From the IMG/VR virus record IMGVR_UViG_3300025087_000034: a DNA stretch of 64,000 bases, one strand, 5' to 3'. A model generated the notes under the pieces. It was not told the origin of the DNA. It made no database searches and saw only the letters and a program-made list of their open reading frames with translations. Source of the DNA: a virus (Duplodnaviria; Caudoviricetes). Made by a program: the position numbers and the translations under genes. Positions 55,387 through 64,000 of the stretch are shown here, in pieces. Within the stretch, counting starts at the first letter, position 1, and every line of letters begins with the position of its first letter.

Positions 55387-56424
55387 ATGAGAGATCTAGA
55401 ACATGATGAAACCGAGACTCGCAAGGAAGATATAACAAATATATACAAAGAAATATTAGGAAGGGAACCGGATGTAAGTGGGTTAAACGCGTATATGCTT
55501 TCTACCTTGTCTGTAGCTCAAATAAAGGAAGCTATATCAAGGTCGGTAGAGGCACAGGAAAAGTTTCAGGCAAAAAACTTTGGTGAAATACTAAAGAAGT
55601 CGGGTAGTTCCGAACTATTAGTTGTAGGGTCTTCCCCTAAAGATAGTAAAAATGTAGAGGAATTGATATCTTTCGGAATAAAATATGCATTAGATTTAAA
55701 CGACACAGAAGATTATGCGTTTGATAAATCATCTTTCGAGGGCTATCTTAGAGTACCAATTAGTAAGTATTCCCCCCTCACTAAGCTACAAATAGATAGT
55801 TGTTTTAAGTTTATATATGACTGTGTTTTAGTAAAGAATAAAAAATTATTTGTGCATAGTAAGATGGGCTTTGAAAGGCCCCCAGTTATCATGGCTTTGT
55901 TCTTGGTGGCAGATAAGGATCTCTCTTTTAAAACTGCTATTTCCGTATTGATGAGTAAGCATGAGGCGATTCGACCGAACAGGGACTTGATAACTGCTGA
56001 GGTTCTTGATTATGTATATTCCCTTCGTGGGAAGTTGAAGGAAAAGTATGGCGGAAGTATAGCACAGGATAAGGGTATAGGGGAGGAGGTTCGACTATTA
56101 GGGAAGCAGCCTGTTTCTCCTATTAATATTCTTGGCAATTTGTACGTATGTTGCAATCTAAATACTGATGTAGTGTCATATTTAAAAAACAATTCTATAG
56201 ATACAATTATAGATTTAAATATGAAACCAATAAAGATGACTCAAGAAACTTCTTGGTTCAAGAAATTGCACTTACCTGTGTTTTTGGACCAGGTTGATTA
56301 TATATTGCCAACTGTATTAAAATCAGTGAATAAGTATATAAATAAAGGTAAAGTTATGCTTGTTTGTGAGGATGAGGGTGTCTTATCTCTGGTTGTTGAA
56401 AAAATATCTATTCACGTATCATAA
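55387..56424 (+). CDS. DUF4214-like module + two dual-specificity-phosphatase-like domains (catalytic Cys replaced by Ser)
   Basis: IYKEILGREPDVSGL; LLVVGS...GIKYALDL...LFVHSKMGFERP; second degenerate domain NLYV...IDTIIDLN. Confidence 0.65.
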   Translation: MRDLEHDETETRKEDITNIYKEILGREPDVSGLNAYMLSTLSVAQIKEAISRSVEAQEKFQAKNFGEILKKSGSSELLVVGSSPKDSKNVEELISFGIKYALDLNDTEDYAFDKSSFEGYLRVPISKYSPLTKLQIDSCFKFIYDCVLVKNKKLFVHSKMGFERPPVIMALFLVADKDLSFKTAISVLMSKHEAIRPNRDLITAEVLDYVYSLRGKLKEKYGGSIAQDKGIGEEVRLLGKQPVSPINILGNLYVCCNLNTDVVSYLKNNSIDTIIDLNMKPIKMTQETSWFKKLHLPVFLDQVDYILPTVLKSVNKYINKGKVMLVCEDEGVLSLVVEKISIHVS

Positions 56425-56460
56425 AGAAGAGCAGGAGGTTTTTGATATTGTTCTTTTTAA

Positions 56461-56592
56461 GCGGGTGTTTGTGTAAGTCCCTACACCGGCTACGGCCGGA
56501 TAAAATCCCGTTCCCTGTAGGGGAAGAGGGGCGGGTTGACTATACACCGCCTGCACGTTTTTTGCAGGCACAAGGCTAGGGTATATATACCC
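56461..56592 (+). ncRNA. candidate structured cis-regulatory RNA (family not assigned)
   Basis: GC-rich intergenic island with nested stems, a c(UACG)g tetraloop, mutually exclusive stems and a palindrome next to the SD. Confidence 0.4.
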
Positions 56593-56609
56593 AAGAAAGG
56601 AGTTTTTAA

Positions 56610-56963
56610 ATGCACATTTTAGTTTTGGATAATACACCAGACCTGCAGTTTAGGGAGGTTTTTGATCACTTATTGGGATCAAAACATGAAATAATTACTG
56701 TCAATACTGTAGAAACGGCAATAAGTAATATCCGTGCACGAGTATACGGAGCTATTTTTATTACGAATATTAAGGGTAGACATCTGTCTATTTATGAATT
56801 TATAGAGGCGTTAAAAACATCTAGTGTTAATAGACAGGCGAATGTGATTGTACTAAATGATATGTCTTCGATTTCACAAAGAATTAAAGCCTCGTTTGGA
56901 GGGAGAGTAGTACATTTTATTGCTAAGGAATATTTAGAAGAGCTTCTTAAAGGAGTAACCTAA
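56610..56963 (+). CDS. atypical CheY-like receiver domain protein
   Basis: ILVLDN...FRE...L...HEI...TVETA...YGAIFITN...EFIEALK...VIVL; no phospho-acceptor Asp after beta3. Confidence 0.5.
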   Translation: MHILVLDNTPDLQFREVFDHLLGSKHEIITVNTVETAISNIRARVYGAIFITNIKGRHLSIYEFIEALKTSSVNRQANVIVLNDMSSISQRIKASFGGRVVHFIAKEYLEELLKGVT

Positions 56964-57535
56964 TGTGTTATGTTGCGATTGATACAGAGACCACGGGTTT
57001 AATGCCAAGCATGAATGAGGTTGTCGAAGTAGCCTTGATTGTTTGCAACGATAGGTTAATCGAGACAGGTAGGGTATCGTTTAGGATGGATATAGAAAGG
57101 CCACAGAACGCAGAAGCTCGTGCACTTGAAATTTGTGGTTATGATAAACATACGTGGAATCCTAAGTTTAAATCACATGCAGATGGTCTTAATTATCTTA
57201 ATAAGTTTATAGATTTTGCTATTTCTGAGTTTTCTTCCGCTCCTATTTTAGTAGGGCAGAACGTTAAGTTTGATCTTGGTTTTATGAATGAAGAATATAA
57301 AAGGGCGGGTATAGTCAACCCCTTTTCTAAAATGAGTCTTCTAGATTTACAAGAGGTGGCTCAGGTCTGGGCTGCCTACAAAGGTGTTCGTTTAAAATAT
57401 AGGAGACTTTCTTATTTTTGTGAACTAGCTAATATTGTTAATGAAAGGGCCCATTCAGCAGAGGGTGATGTAGAAGCTACTTTAGCTTCAATGAGGGTCT
57501 TTTTGCTGGATTTGAAGGGGGTTGTAGGTGATTAG
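56963..57535 (+). CDS. DEDDh 3'-5' exonuclease (DnaQ-like)
   Basis: IDTETTG, VGQNVKFD, AHSAEGD. Confidence 0.88.
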   Translation: MCYVAIDTETTGLMPSMNEVVEVALIVCNDRLIETGRVSFRMDIERPQNAEARALEICGYDKHTWNPKFKSHADGLNYLNKFIDFAISEFSSAPILVGQNVKFDLGFMNEEYKRAGIVNPFSKMSLLDLQEVAQVWAAYKGVRLKYRRLSYFCELANIVNERAHSAEGDVEATLASMRVFLLDLKGVVGD

Positions 57536-57821
57536 TTCTAAAGAAATACATTTTAAGTTTAAGAGTGTACATATGGTGGTAACTGAAATGCTAGGAAAAG
57601 ACGGTCTGGTTGAAGCTGTTTATCCGTCTGGTATTATTCCTAAAACAGAAGACGGGGAGTCTTTAAAATTGGCATTAAGTAGGCTTAATAACCTTTTAGC
57701 TACAGGGTTAAGAAGCAAGGAAACAATTACTCAATTGTTAAATAGGACAAGTAGAATAAATAGTTATGTGTTGGGTGTTGTTGGAAACCTCATAAATAAT
57801 GACCTATTACTCAACAAGTAG
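57528..57821 (+). CDS. hypothetical protein
   Basis: 97 aa, coupled to neighbours. Confidence 0.5.
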   Translation: MISSKEIHFKFKSVHMVVTEMLGKDGLVEAVYPSGIIPKTEDGESLKLALSRLNNLLATGLRSKETITQLLNRTSRINSYVLGVVGNLINNDLLLNK

Positions 57822-58023
57822 TTTTAGGATTGGGGACTGTATTGGGTATTGCAGACGAGGCGGGGCTAAAGGTTCCATAGTTTTGGTAGTTGTGTTTTCA
57901 GACTATGAAATTGATGAGTATTATGAATTGCCATTTTTAGCAACTACGGATATTCCTATAGGGTTCCCTGTGTGTTTTGGCGGAAACGGAACCATATACC
58001 ATAAAAATTCTTCCGGCGGGTGA
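57799..58023 (+). CDS. hypothetical small protein
   Basis: 74-aa ORF filling the gap before the lysin; overlaps the upstream gene. Confidence 0.35.
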   Translation: MTYYSTSSFRIGDCIGYCRRGGAKGSIVLVVVFSDYEIDEYYELPFLATTDIPIGFPVCFGGNGTIYHKNSSGG

Positions 58024-58030
58024 AAAAAAT

Positions 58031-58960
58031 ATGTTAAAATTACTAGATATACTAAAACTAATCCTGTCTAAAATATTGGTGCTTTTTAGTAAAAAAGATA
58101 TAGTACAACCTAAACAACCAGAACAAGCGGAAAAAGAACCAAAAGTTGAACCAGAACCAGAAGTAATTATAGAAGAAAAAGAAAGGGAGCTTCTTTCCCC
58201 TATACTACATAAAAGATATATTAGTCTTTATTGTATTGCTGATATGGTTTCTGGAAGTGTAAAATTGTTGGACAAACAAGATAATATAGTTGCGCTACTA
58301 ACCAGCTATTCGAAGTCTAGGTTAGACATGGAAGGTACTGGTCTACTCCCAGACGGGCGGGTTATAAATGTTGATGGTATGGCTTTGGGGGAAATGCGCT
58401 ATAAGATAATGGATTCTACTCGGCCATATGGGGTAGGTATATATGGTAAGGCATTAGAACCTTGGGTATCTCTTGCTCATCAGCTAAGCCAACTACTACA
58501 GTATAGCTTGTTTGGTAGGACTGTGGTAATACCCTCTATGCGGGGGTATGTTTTGCCAGACGGGAAGGTTCACACAGGAATTTTTAGGGTCGATGACACC
58601 GGGGGTGGCTTACATAAATGTCCGTATTCTAATGGTTTATGGCGCACGGGTAGCTCCAAGTCTGAATATGGGCAGTTTGACGTGTTCATTGGTGGACCAG
58701 AAAGCGTTTATAAGAAATTGTTAGGAAAGTGGGATAGTTATAAAGAAGTTTTTGTTATGCCTCGCGATTTAGACTCTCCTGATGGTATTCAAGAGTCCCT
58801 TAACTTACTTCTTGACGCTGGCTTGAAGGTGGACGGTATAATAGGGCTCGCTTCAATGGCAGCCATAAATAGAATAAAGGCGATATTAGATCTTCCTCAA
58901 GATGGTTTTTGGTCTGACGATGTGAAACAGTATGTTTCAGACTGTTTAAATAGCTGGTAG
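58031..58960 (+). CDS. putative endolysin/lytic transglycosylase (3D domain + peptidoglycan-binding domain)
   Basis: FGRTVVIP...RVDDTGGGL...FDVFIG (3D/MltA-like); IQESLN...LKVDGIIG..S..AI (PG-binding); amphipathic N-terminus and PE-rich linker. Confidence 0.7.
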   Translation: MLKLLDILKLILSKILVLFSKKDIVQPKQPEQAEKEPKVEPEPEVIIEEKERELLSPILHKRYISLYCIADMVSGSVKLLDKQDNIVALLTSYSKSRLDMEGTGLLPDGRVINVDGMALGEMRYKIMDSTRPYGVGIYGKALEPWVSLAHQLSQLLQYSLFGRTVVIPSMRGYVLPDGKVHTGIFRVDDTGGGLHKCPYSNGLWRTGSSKSEYGQFDVFIGGPESVYKKLLGKWDSYKEVFVMPRDLDSPDGIQESLNLLLDAGLKVDGIIGLASMAAINRIKAILDLPQDGFWSDDVKQYVSDCLNSW

Positions 58961-58992
58961 TGTTTATGTTTTTGACTAGTTGAGGTTTGGAT

Positions 58993-60249
58993 ATGTTAAA
59001 AAAGTTTTTCTATGAAAATGTTAAACAAGTTTTTAAGGATAGGGGTTATACACTAATTAGCAAAGAGTATATAAATAGTCGTACAAAGTTGGGCTATGAA
59101 TGCCCGAAAGGCCATTTAGGATCTATGACTTATAGTCATTTTCAACAGGGAAGTAGTTGCCCTGTTTGTTCTATTGAGAATAGCAAGCTTTCCTATGAAG
59201 AAGTTAAGAGGGCCTTTGATGATAGGAGCTATACGTTACTTAGTAAAGAGTATACAAATAAAACTATTAAGTTAGACTATGAGTGCCCAAAAGGTCACTT
59301 GGGGTCTATGACTTATGGTAATTTTCAACAGGGAAATAGTTGCCCTGTTTGTTCTATTGAGAATAGCAAGCTTTCTTACGACGATGTTAAGAAAGTTTTT
59401 AGAGATAGGGGCTATATCTTACGCAGTAAGGAGTATGTAAATAGCCAAACTAAATTAGACTATGAGTGCCCAAAAGGTCACTTGGGGTCTATGACTTATG
59501 GTAATTTTTATCAGAAACACGCCTGCCTTGTTTGTTTTATTGAGAATAGCAGGCTTTCCTATGAAGAAGTTAAGAGGGCCTTTGATGATAGAGGTTATAC
59601 ACTACTTAGTAAAGAGTATGTGAATGTCCAAACTAAGTTAGACTATATATGCCCAAAAGGTCACCTAGGATCGATGACCTATGGTAACTTTCATCAAGGA
59701 AAGGGCTGCCCTATTTGTAACATAGAGAATAGCAAGCTTTCCTATGAAGAAGTTAAGAGAGCCTTTGACGGTAGAGGTTATACCTTGCTTAGCAAGGAGT
59801 ATGTAAATGCTGGCGCTAAGTTAGACTATAGGTGCCCTAAGGGTCATTTGGGGTCTATGATTTATAGTCATTTTCAACAGGGAAGTGACTGTCCTATTTG
59901 TTCAGATAGCTCTCCTGTTTCTAAAATTTCCCAAAAATGGCTAGCTTCCTTAGGGCTATCGTCGGAGATGGGAATTAGTAGGGAAGTTAGTTTGAAAATA
60001 GGGGATAACAGGTTTAAGGTAGATGGTTTTGATCTTTCAACAAATACAGTTTATGAGTTTCTTGGGGACTATTGGCATGGGAACCCTAGTGTATTTGATC
60101 CTAATGAAGTGAACAAAAATAATAAAAAGACTTTTGGCCGGCTTTACCAAGAAACCTTGGAAAGAATTCACCTCTTAGAAGAAGCAGAGTACAATGTGGT
60201 TTATATTTGGGAGAAAGATTTTTTAGAAGGAAAGGGGTGTTGTAGTTAA
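58993..60249 (+). CDS. endonuclease with 5 zinc-binding 61-aa repeats and a Vsr/DUF559-like C-terminal domain
   Basis: 5x CPKGH...CxxC; KVDGFD...YEFLGDYWHGNP; paralog of 44917-45801. Confidence 0.8.
   Translation: MLKKFFYENVKQVFKDRGYTLISKEYINSRTKLGYECPKGHLGSMTYSHFQQGSSCPVCSIENSKLSYEEVKRAFDDRSYTLLSKEYTNKTIKLDYECPKGHLGSMTYGNFQQGNSCPVCSIENSKLSYDDVKKVFRDRGYILRSKEYVNSQTKLDYECPKGHLGSMTYGNFYQKHACLVCFIENSRLSYEEVKRAFDDRGYTLLSKEYVNVQTKLDYICPKGHLGSMTYGNFHQGKGCPICNIENSKLSYEEVKRAFDGRGYTLLSKEYVNAGAKLDYRCPKGHLGSMIYSHFQQGSDCPICSDSSPVSKISQKWLASLGLSSEMGISREVSLKIGDNRFKVDGFDLSTNTVYEFLGDYWHGNPSVFDPNEVNKNNKKTFGRLYQETLERIHLLEEAEYNVVYIWEKDFLEGKGCCS
59005..59915 (+). repeat. five 183-bp coding tandem repeats
   Basis: Recurrent tgcccaaaaggtca(c/t)...atgac(t/c)tat units; three homologous units at ~44935-45475. 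Confidence 0.85.
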
Positions 60250-60250
60250 A

Positions 60251-60685
60251 ATGGCCCGTGATATAAGAACGTATTTAGAAAATTATCTGGATAGCTATCC
60301 GGGTATGCTGGAGTGGTACACCAAAGTAGAAAGTGAGGCAGAGTTTGGCTATAGAGAAGTTTTAGTTGTGCAGCTTTTTAACGGTATAAGGGCTTTGGCA
60401 ATATTGGAACACGATTCTCCCATTGGTAAGCTGTGCCATGTATCTGTAGTGCCTATGTATAGGAGGCTGGGTCTTGGGATGTGTTTAGTTAGTAAGGCAT
60501 TCGATAGGTTAATTGCTCGTGGTTCTGAGGAGATTGTTTTAACCACTGATTGGAGTACCTATTTAAATTATGGCCCATTTTTTCTAGGTTGTGGGTTTAA
60601 CCCTGTTGGTGCTTTTATTCGTAAGGATATTTCGGGTGCTTTAGAGGTTATTTGGAAAATTAAGTTTAAAACTGCTATTAGATAA
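60251..60685 (+). CDS. GNAT acetyltransferase
   Basis: KLCHVSVVPMYRRLGLG..LV acetyl-CoA motif; FFLGCGF. Confidence 0.8.
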   Translation: MARDIRTYLENYLDSYPGMLEWYTKVESEAEFGYREVLVVQLFNGIRALAILEHDSPIGKLCHVSVVPMYRRLGLGMCLVSKAFDRLIARGSEEIVLTTDWSTYLNYGPFFLGCGFNPVGAFIRKDISGALEVIWKIKFKTAIR

Positions 60686-60769
60686 GATAATCCTTCAGTG
60701 TTTGGGGGTTTTCCCAACCCTTCCTATAGTAAAATCCATACAAAAATAATATATATTAAAAATTTTCTC

Positions 60770-60799
60770 TTTACAGAGTTAAGCTATTTTTCTATTTAT
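60770..60799 (+). promoter_or_regulatory. possible promoter of the same family
   Basis: AATTTTCTC TTTACA-17 nt-TATTTA; imperfect -10. Confidence 0.4.
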
Positions 60800-60837
60800 A
60801 TAGGTGAACGGGGACGATGATCCTCAAGGAGAGAAGC

Positions 60838-61701
60838 ATGGACGAGAAAACAATTGCTAGATTGAAGCAGCCGTTAAAAATTTATAGTTTGCCAGGTCCT
60901 AAGGGAAAAGAGTATAAGTATGTAAAGGGTGAGGACGTGATATCGGCTCTGAACGAGGCTTTTCAACACAATTGGTGTTCGGAGGTAAAAAATGTTATAA
61001 CTATTGACGGGCATGTTGTGGTACATGTTGCCATAACTGCTCAAGGGATCACTCATGAAGCTTTTGGTGGTGCTGATGTAGCTGTACACAAATATGGGGA
61101 AAGTCAGGGGAAACCAGTCAATATGTCTAACACATATAAGAGTGCTTTGACTAATTCTATAAAGAAGGCCAGTGAACAGTTTGGTCTTGGTCTTAATGTA
61201 GAGGATTATGTTGATACAAATGATACCGAATATGGTGACCCCAGACCAAAGAATGAGATACCTAAAAATTTTGGCGGGCCACAAAAAACTCAACCAAAAA
61301 CAACAGGTGAAACTACAGTATCAATAAAAAAACGAGAAGAGGTAAAAGAAGAACTACCAATAGATGTAGAACAACTTAAAAGGCTTGTATCAGCAGTAAT
61401 TGCTAACTCTGACCCGATAAAAGAAGAACCAAAAAAACCGGATTCTTTAGTTAAATTATACACAGAAGAGCAAAAGACAGCTCAAGATACATTTCCTAAG
61501 TCAAATACTGGTAAAATAAATGCTATTCAATTGGGAGCTATAACAGGCATGTGTAAGTTGCGAGGTATTTCTGTTACTGAGGTTGTGGTAGAGGCATTGG
61601 GACCCTTAGAATCTTCAGGTGACATAGATATTAATGATTTATCCTATAATGAGGGTGTCAAGATAATCGGCCATTTAAATGGAAAGAAGAAACTGAGTTA
61701 G
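60838..61701 (+). CDS. Rad52/Rad22-like (Sak) single-strand annealing protein
   Basis: G.KG..Y.YV.GEDVI..LNEAF..NW, THEAFGG, YKSA.T..IKKA...FGLGL; ATG 60838 after AAGGAG. Confidence 0.8.
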   Translation: MDEKTIARLKQPLKIYSLPGPKGKEYKYVKGEDVISALNEAFQHNWCSEVKNVITIDGHVVVHVAITAQGITHEAFGGADVAVHKYGESQGKPVNMSNTYKSALTNSIKKASEQFGLGLNVEDYVDTNDTEYGDPRPKNEIPKNFGGPQKTQPKTTGETTVSIKKREEVKEELPIDVEQLKRLVSAVIANSDPIKEEPKKPDSLVKLYTEEQKTAQDTFPKSNTGKINAIQLGAITGMCKLRGISVTEVVVEALGPLESSGDIDINDLSYNEGVKIIGHLNGKKKLS

Positions 61702-61703
61702 TT

Positions 61704-63635
61704 ATGTCAAAATACGAGGTCGTTGAACGTCTTTGGGAATCTGCTGGATTTAATATCACAATACTACAAGTACCGCCAGACAAAATAGACGACAAACTGG
61801 CAATATTGTCAGATGGAAGTGGTTTATTAACTTCTTTTATGTATAACAGATTCTTGTTTAATACTTGTATTGTTGATCCCAGTAAGGTGTGGCCTTTCAT
61901 GGGCAGCTTATCTGAAAATACTGACCTTGTTGTTAGTGCAGTTATGGATTTAAAGTCTCTGATTATTGAAGCTAATCCCTTACTTGATCCAAGAATATTG
62001 ATAATAAATGATGAAAATATAATAAGACTCCCAAATCAAGGTGACACGACCTCGACAGCTCGGCTACTAATAAACAATCCTCGTTGGGATGATACGAACG
62101 TAGAATCAGATGATGAGGAAGATATTGATAATTTCTTTTCTAATGCCGAGCCACCGAGGCTGCCTTTAAATGTAAATCCCAGTATTCCTTGGGCAGAAAA
62201 ATTGGAACTCAAGGAGTGGTCAACTACTGGTCTGGTTGTGTTAGTACTTAAATGTTCTGTTGACGATATTCCTGAAGTTTTTAAGGATAAGTATTCCTTT
62301 GCTAATGATGATGGTGGTTATGAGGCATACAGATTATTCATTGTGGCAAAGACAGTAGCAGATTTTGCTGCTATGTTTCAACATTTGGATGAAATGGGTA
62401 TAACAAAGAAAAACTCGCCCAAAGAATTAGTACGACAACTATATGAACTAGTTATAGAAGAAAATCCATTTCTAGCCTGGGAAAGTGTAGATTTGGATAA
62501 GGTAAAGAGGGCGGTAATAGCTAAATATGGTAAGCAGCAAAAACCGCATCTGAACAAGTTTAGTAAGGATAGTGTAAAAGGGGATAAGAATACTGAAACA
62601 AAGAAACAAGCAAGGTTAAGTAAAGATTTTTATAGGGAATTTTCCGATGTATCAGAAGAAGAGGTAAATACTTTAGCGGAAAGAATAAAACAAGAAGTAA
62701 TAGGACAGGACCCTGTTATAGAAGAAATAGTAGATTCTATAAAACTAGCCAAATGTGGGTTTAAAGAAGAAGGTACACCTATTGCTACTTTCTTGTTAAC
62801 TGGTGAATCCGGTGTTGGTAAAACTCATTGTGCCAAAATGTTGGCTAAATATTTAACAGGTGATGAACATAATTTAGTTAGGGTGGATTGTTCCGAATAT
62901 AGTCATAGCCACGAGATTTCAAAGCTTATAGGAAGTCCCAATGGTTATATCGGGTCTTCCGACACTACCAAGTTTTTTGAAATGATGACGAAAAGTCCAT
63001 TTAGCGTGGTTTTATTTGATGAACTGGAAAAAAGTCATTCCAAACTCCATGACCTGCTGCTTCAAGCTATAGATGAGGGTCATCTCACAAACGGTAAGTC
63101 AGAAACGGTGTCCTTTGGTCAGGCTATTTTCTTGTTCACTTCTAATATAGGGGTTCAAGAAGTAAAGAGTGTTGGGAGCAGAATCGGTATAGGGGATGGT
63201 GCCGTAGTAACAAGGGATAAGAGGGCGGCTGCTATAACTGAAGCGGTAAAAGATAAATTTAAACCGGAATTCATTGGTAGGTTAGACGGTGTTCTTACCT
63301 TTGACGTTCTAAATAAGGATTCTTGTATGAGAATAGTAGACCTTCAGTTTAATAGGGTAAATGAGTTATTAGCAAAAAAGGACATAAGGATAGAGTATGA
63401 CGAAGCTGTGAAGGAGTACATTTATAGTAGAGGATTCAAGAAGGGTTATGGTGCCCGTCCTCTGAAGAGGGTGGTGCGAAAAGAAGTGTTTCTTCCTGTT
63501 TCTAAACTGTTGTTGGAACAAAAGTTGTCTTCTAAGGTAGTTGTAAAGGTAGGTATTAGCGAAGACAAGTTAACCTTTAGTGTAGAAGGGAAAAAATCTA
63601 AGAAGAAAAAGAAGGAGGCTGCAAAAATAGAGTAA
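61704..63635 (+). CDS. Clp/Hsp100 AAA+ ATPase (only the second, NBD2-type module) with novel N-terminus
   Basis: VIGQD, FLLTGESGVGKT, RVDCSEY, LIGSP.GY, VLFDELEK, FTSN, PEFIGR, YGARPL. Confidence 0.88.
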   Translation: MSKYEVVERLWESAGFNITILQVPPDKIDDKLAILSDGSGLLTSFMYNRFLFNTCIVDPSKVWPFMGSLSENTDLVVSAVMDLKSLIIEANPLLDPRILIINDENIIRLPNQGDTTSTARLLINNPRWDDTNVESDDEEDIDNFFSNAEPPRLPLNVNPSIPWAEKLELKEWSTTGLVVLVLKCSVDDIPEVFKDKYSFANDDGGYEAYRLFIVAKTVADFAAMFQHLDEMGITKKNSPKELVRQLYELVIEENPFLAWESVDLDKVKRAVIAKYGKQQKPHLNKFSKDSVKGDKNTETKKQARLSKDFYREFSDVSEEEVNTLAERIKQEVIGQDPVIEEIVDSIKLAKCGFKEEGTPIATFLLTGESGVGKTHCAKMLAKYLTGDEHNLVRVDCSEYSHSHEISKLIGSPNGYIGSSDTTKFFEMMTKSPFSVVLFDELEKSHSKLHDLLLQAIDEGHLTNGKSETVSFGQAIFLFTSNIGVQEVKSVGSRIGIGDGAVVTRDKRAAAITEAVKDKFKPEFIGRLDGVLTFDVLNKDSCMRIVDLQFNRVNELLAKKDIRIEYDEAVKEYIYSRGFKKGYGARPLKRVVRKEVFLPVSKLLLEQKLSSKVVVKVGISEDKLTFSVEGKKSKKKKKEAAKIE

Positions 63636-63644
63636 AAAACGAAG

Positions 63645-64000
63645 ATGGCAGTAAAAAATATAAGTAAAAACCACTTAATATTTGAAGTATTTCCTTGGCT
63701 TAGGAAATGGGTAGACTGGGAAGCCAACAAAGAGGGGCTAGAAGACCTATCGTGTAGAAGTAAATACAGAATTTCTTTAAGATGCCCTGTGTGTGGCTAC
63801 AGACTTAAATATACAGTGTCAATGCTGAAAGAGTTGGTCCATAATTTAGAGTGTAGACGATGTAATAGTTTAGGTATAAAAAGGCCAGACCTTCTTAAAT
63901 ATTGGGATTATAAAGCTAATATGTTAGACCCTTTTATAATTTCTCCTGGGTCTCATAAGACGGCTAATTGGAAATGTGAAAAATGTGGGTACAGTTGGAC
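63645..64000 (+). CDS. zinc-ribbon repeat protein (DUF4379-like), partial
   Basis: ATG 63645; RCPVCGY...CRRC...PDLLKYWDYKAN..P..I.PGS...NWKCEKCGYSW, open to the window end. Confidence 0.7.
   Translation, partial: MAVKNISKNHLIFEVFPWLRKWVDWEANKEGLEDLSCRSKYRISLRCPVCGYRLKYTVSMLKELVHNLECRRCNSLGIKRPDLLKYWDYKANMLDPFIISPGSHKTANWKCEKCGYSW

Noticed and set aside
56486-56535. Twister ribozyme (CCGG...CCGGATAAAA...GAGGGGCGG resembles a known twister)
   Set aside because: The L4 UCCYAAGC pseudoknot loop and a properly placed UAA cleavage-site loop are missing. Kept only as an unassigned structured element.
843-63730. The many minus-strand ORFs in the track (e.g. 11223-11831, 15085-15666, 47083-47658)
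   Set aside because: They lie antisense to well-supported + strand genes, have no recognisable motifs, and are best explained as shadow ORFs.
1-64000. tRNA/rRNA genes, diversity-generating retroelement, integrase
   Set aside because: No cloverleaf or T-loop motifs in intergenic gaps, no reverse transcriptase, and no recombinase of the integrase type was recognised.

Overview
A 64-kb, AT-rich segment of a large tailed dsDNA bacteriophage (jumbo-phage-like). Essentially all real genes are on the + strand, in genetic code 11, with strong Shine-Dalgarno sites and sigma70/sigmaA-type promoters. Layout: (1) 1-11.9 kb, virion/tail structural genes including a 2057-aa multi-lectin adhesin; (2) 12-23.6 kb, replication/recombination module (beta clamp, RecA, DnaB, DnaG, SSB, DnaJ, RuvC, PD-(D/E)XK nuclease, an Sm/Hfq-like protein, two GIY-YIG endonucleases); (3) 23.6-42.4 kb, a ~19-kb glycan synthesis/modification cluster (7 glycosyltransferases, 5 SAM methyltransferases, a B12 radical-SAM enzyme, DegT aminotransferase, NeuD/PglD-type acetyltransferase, 2 NDP-sugar SDRs, a disrupted sulfotransferase); (4) 42.4-64 kb, family A DNA polymerase, class II RNR, RNase HII, GuaB-like, HIRAN, PhoH, a pseudo-phosphatase/pseudo-receiver module, DEDDh exonuclease, 3D-domain lysin, Rad52-like annealing protein and a Clp ATPase. 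Three non-autonomous IS200/IS605-family RNA-guided nuclease elements are present. One tnpB element splits the sulfotransferase at TTAT, and precise excision would restore the frame; the same gene also has a frameshifting G10 tract. Two iscB elements sit exactly in front of start codons without destroying either neighbour. Most promising leads: the Mimivirus-like autonomous glycosylation cluster with a possibly switchable sulfotransferase, the 'silent' IscB insertions, and Zn-repeat nucleases with hypervariable repeat residues. All family assignments come from motif recognition by eye, not from database searches.
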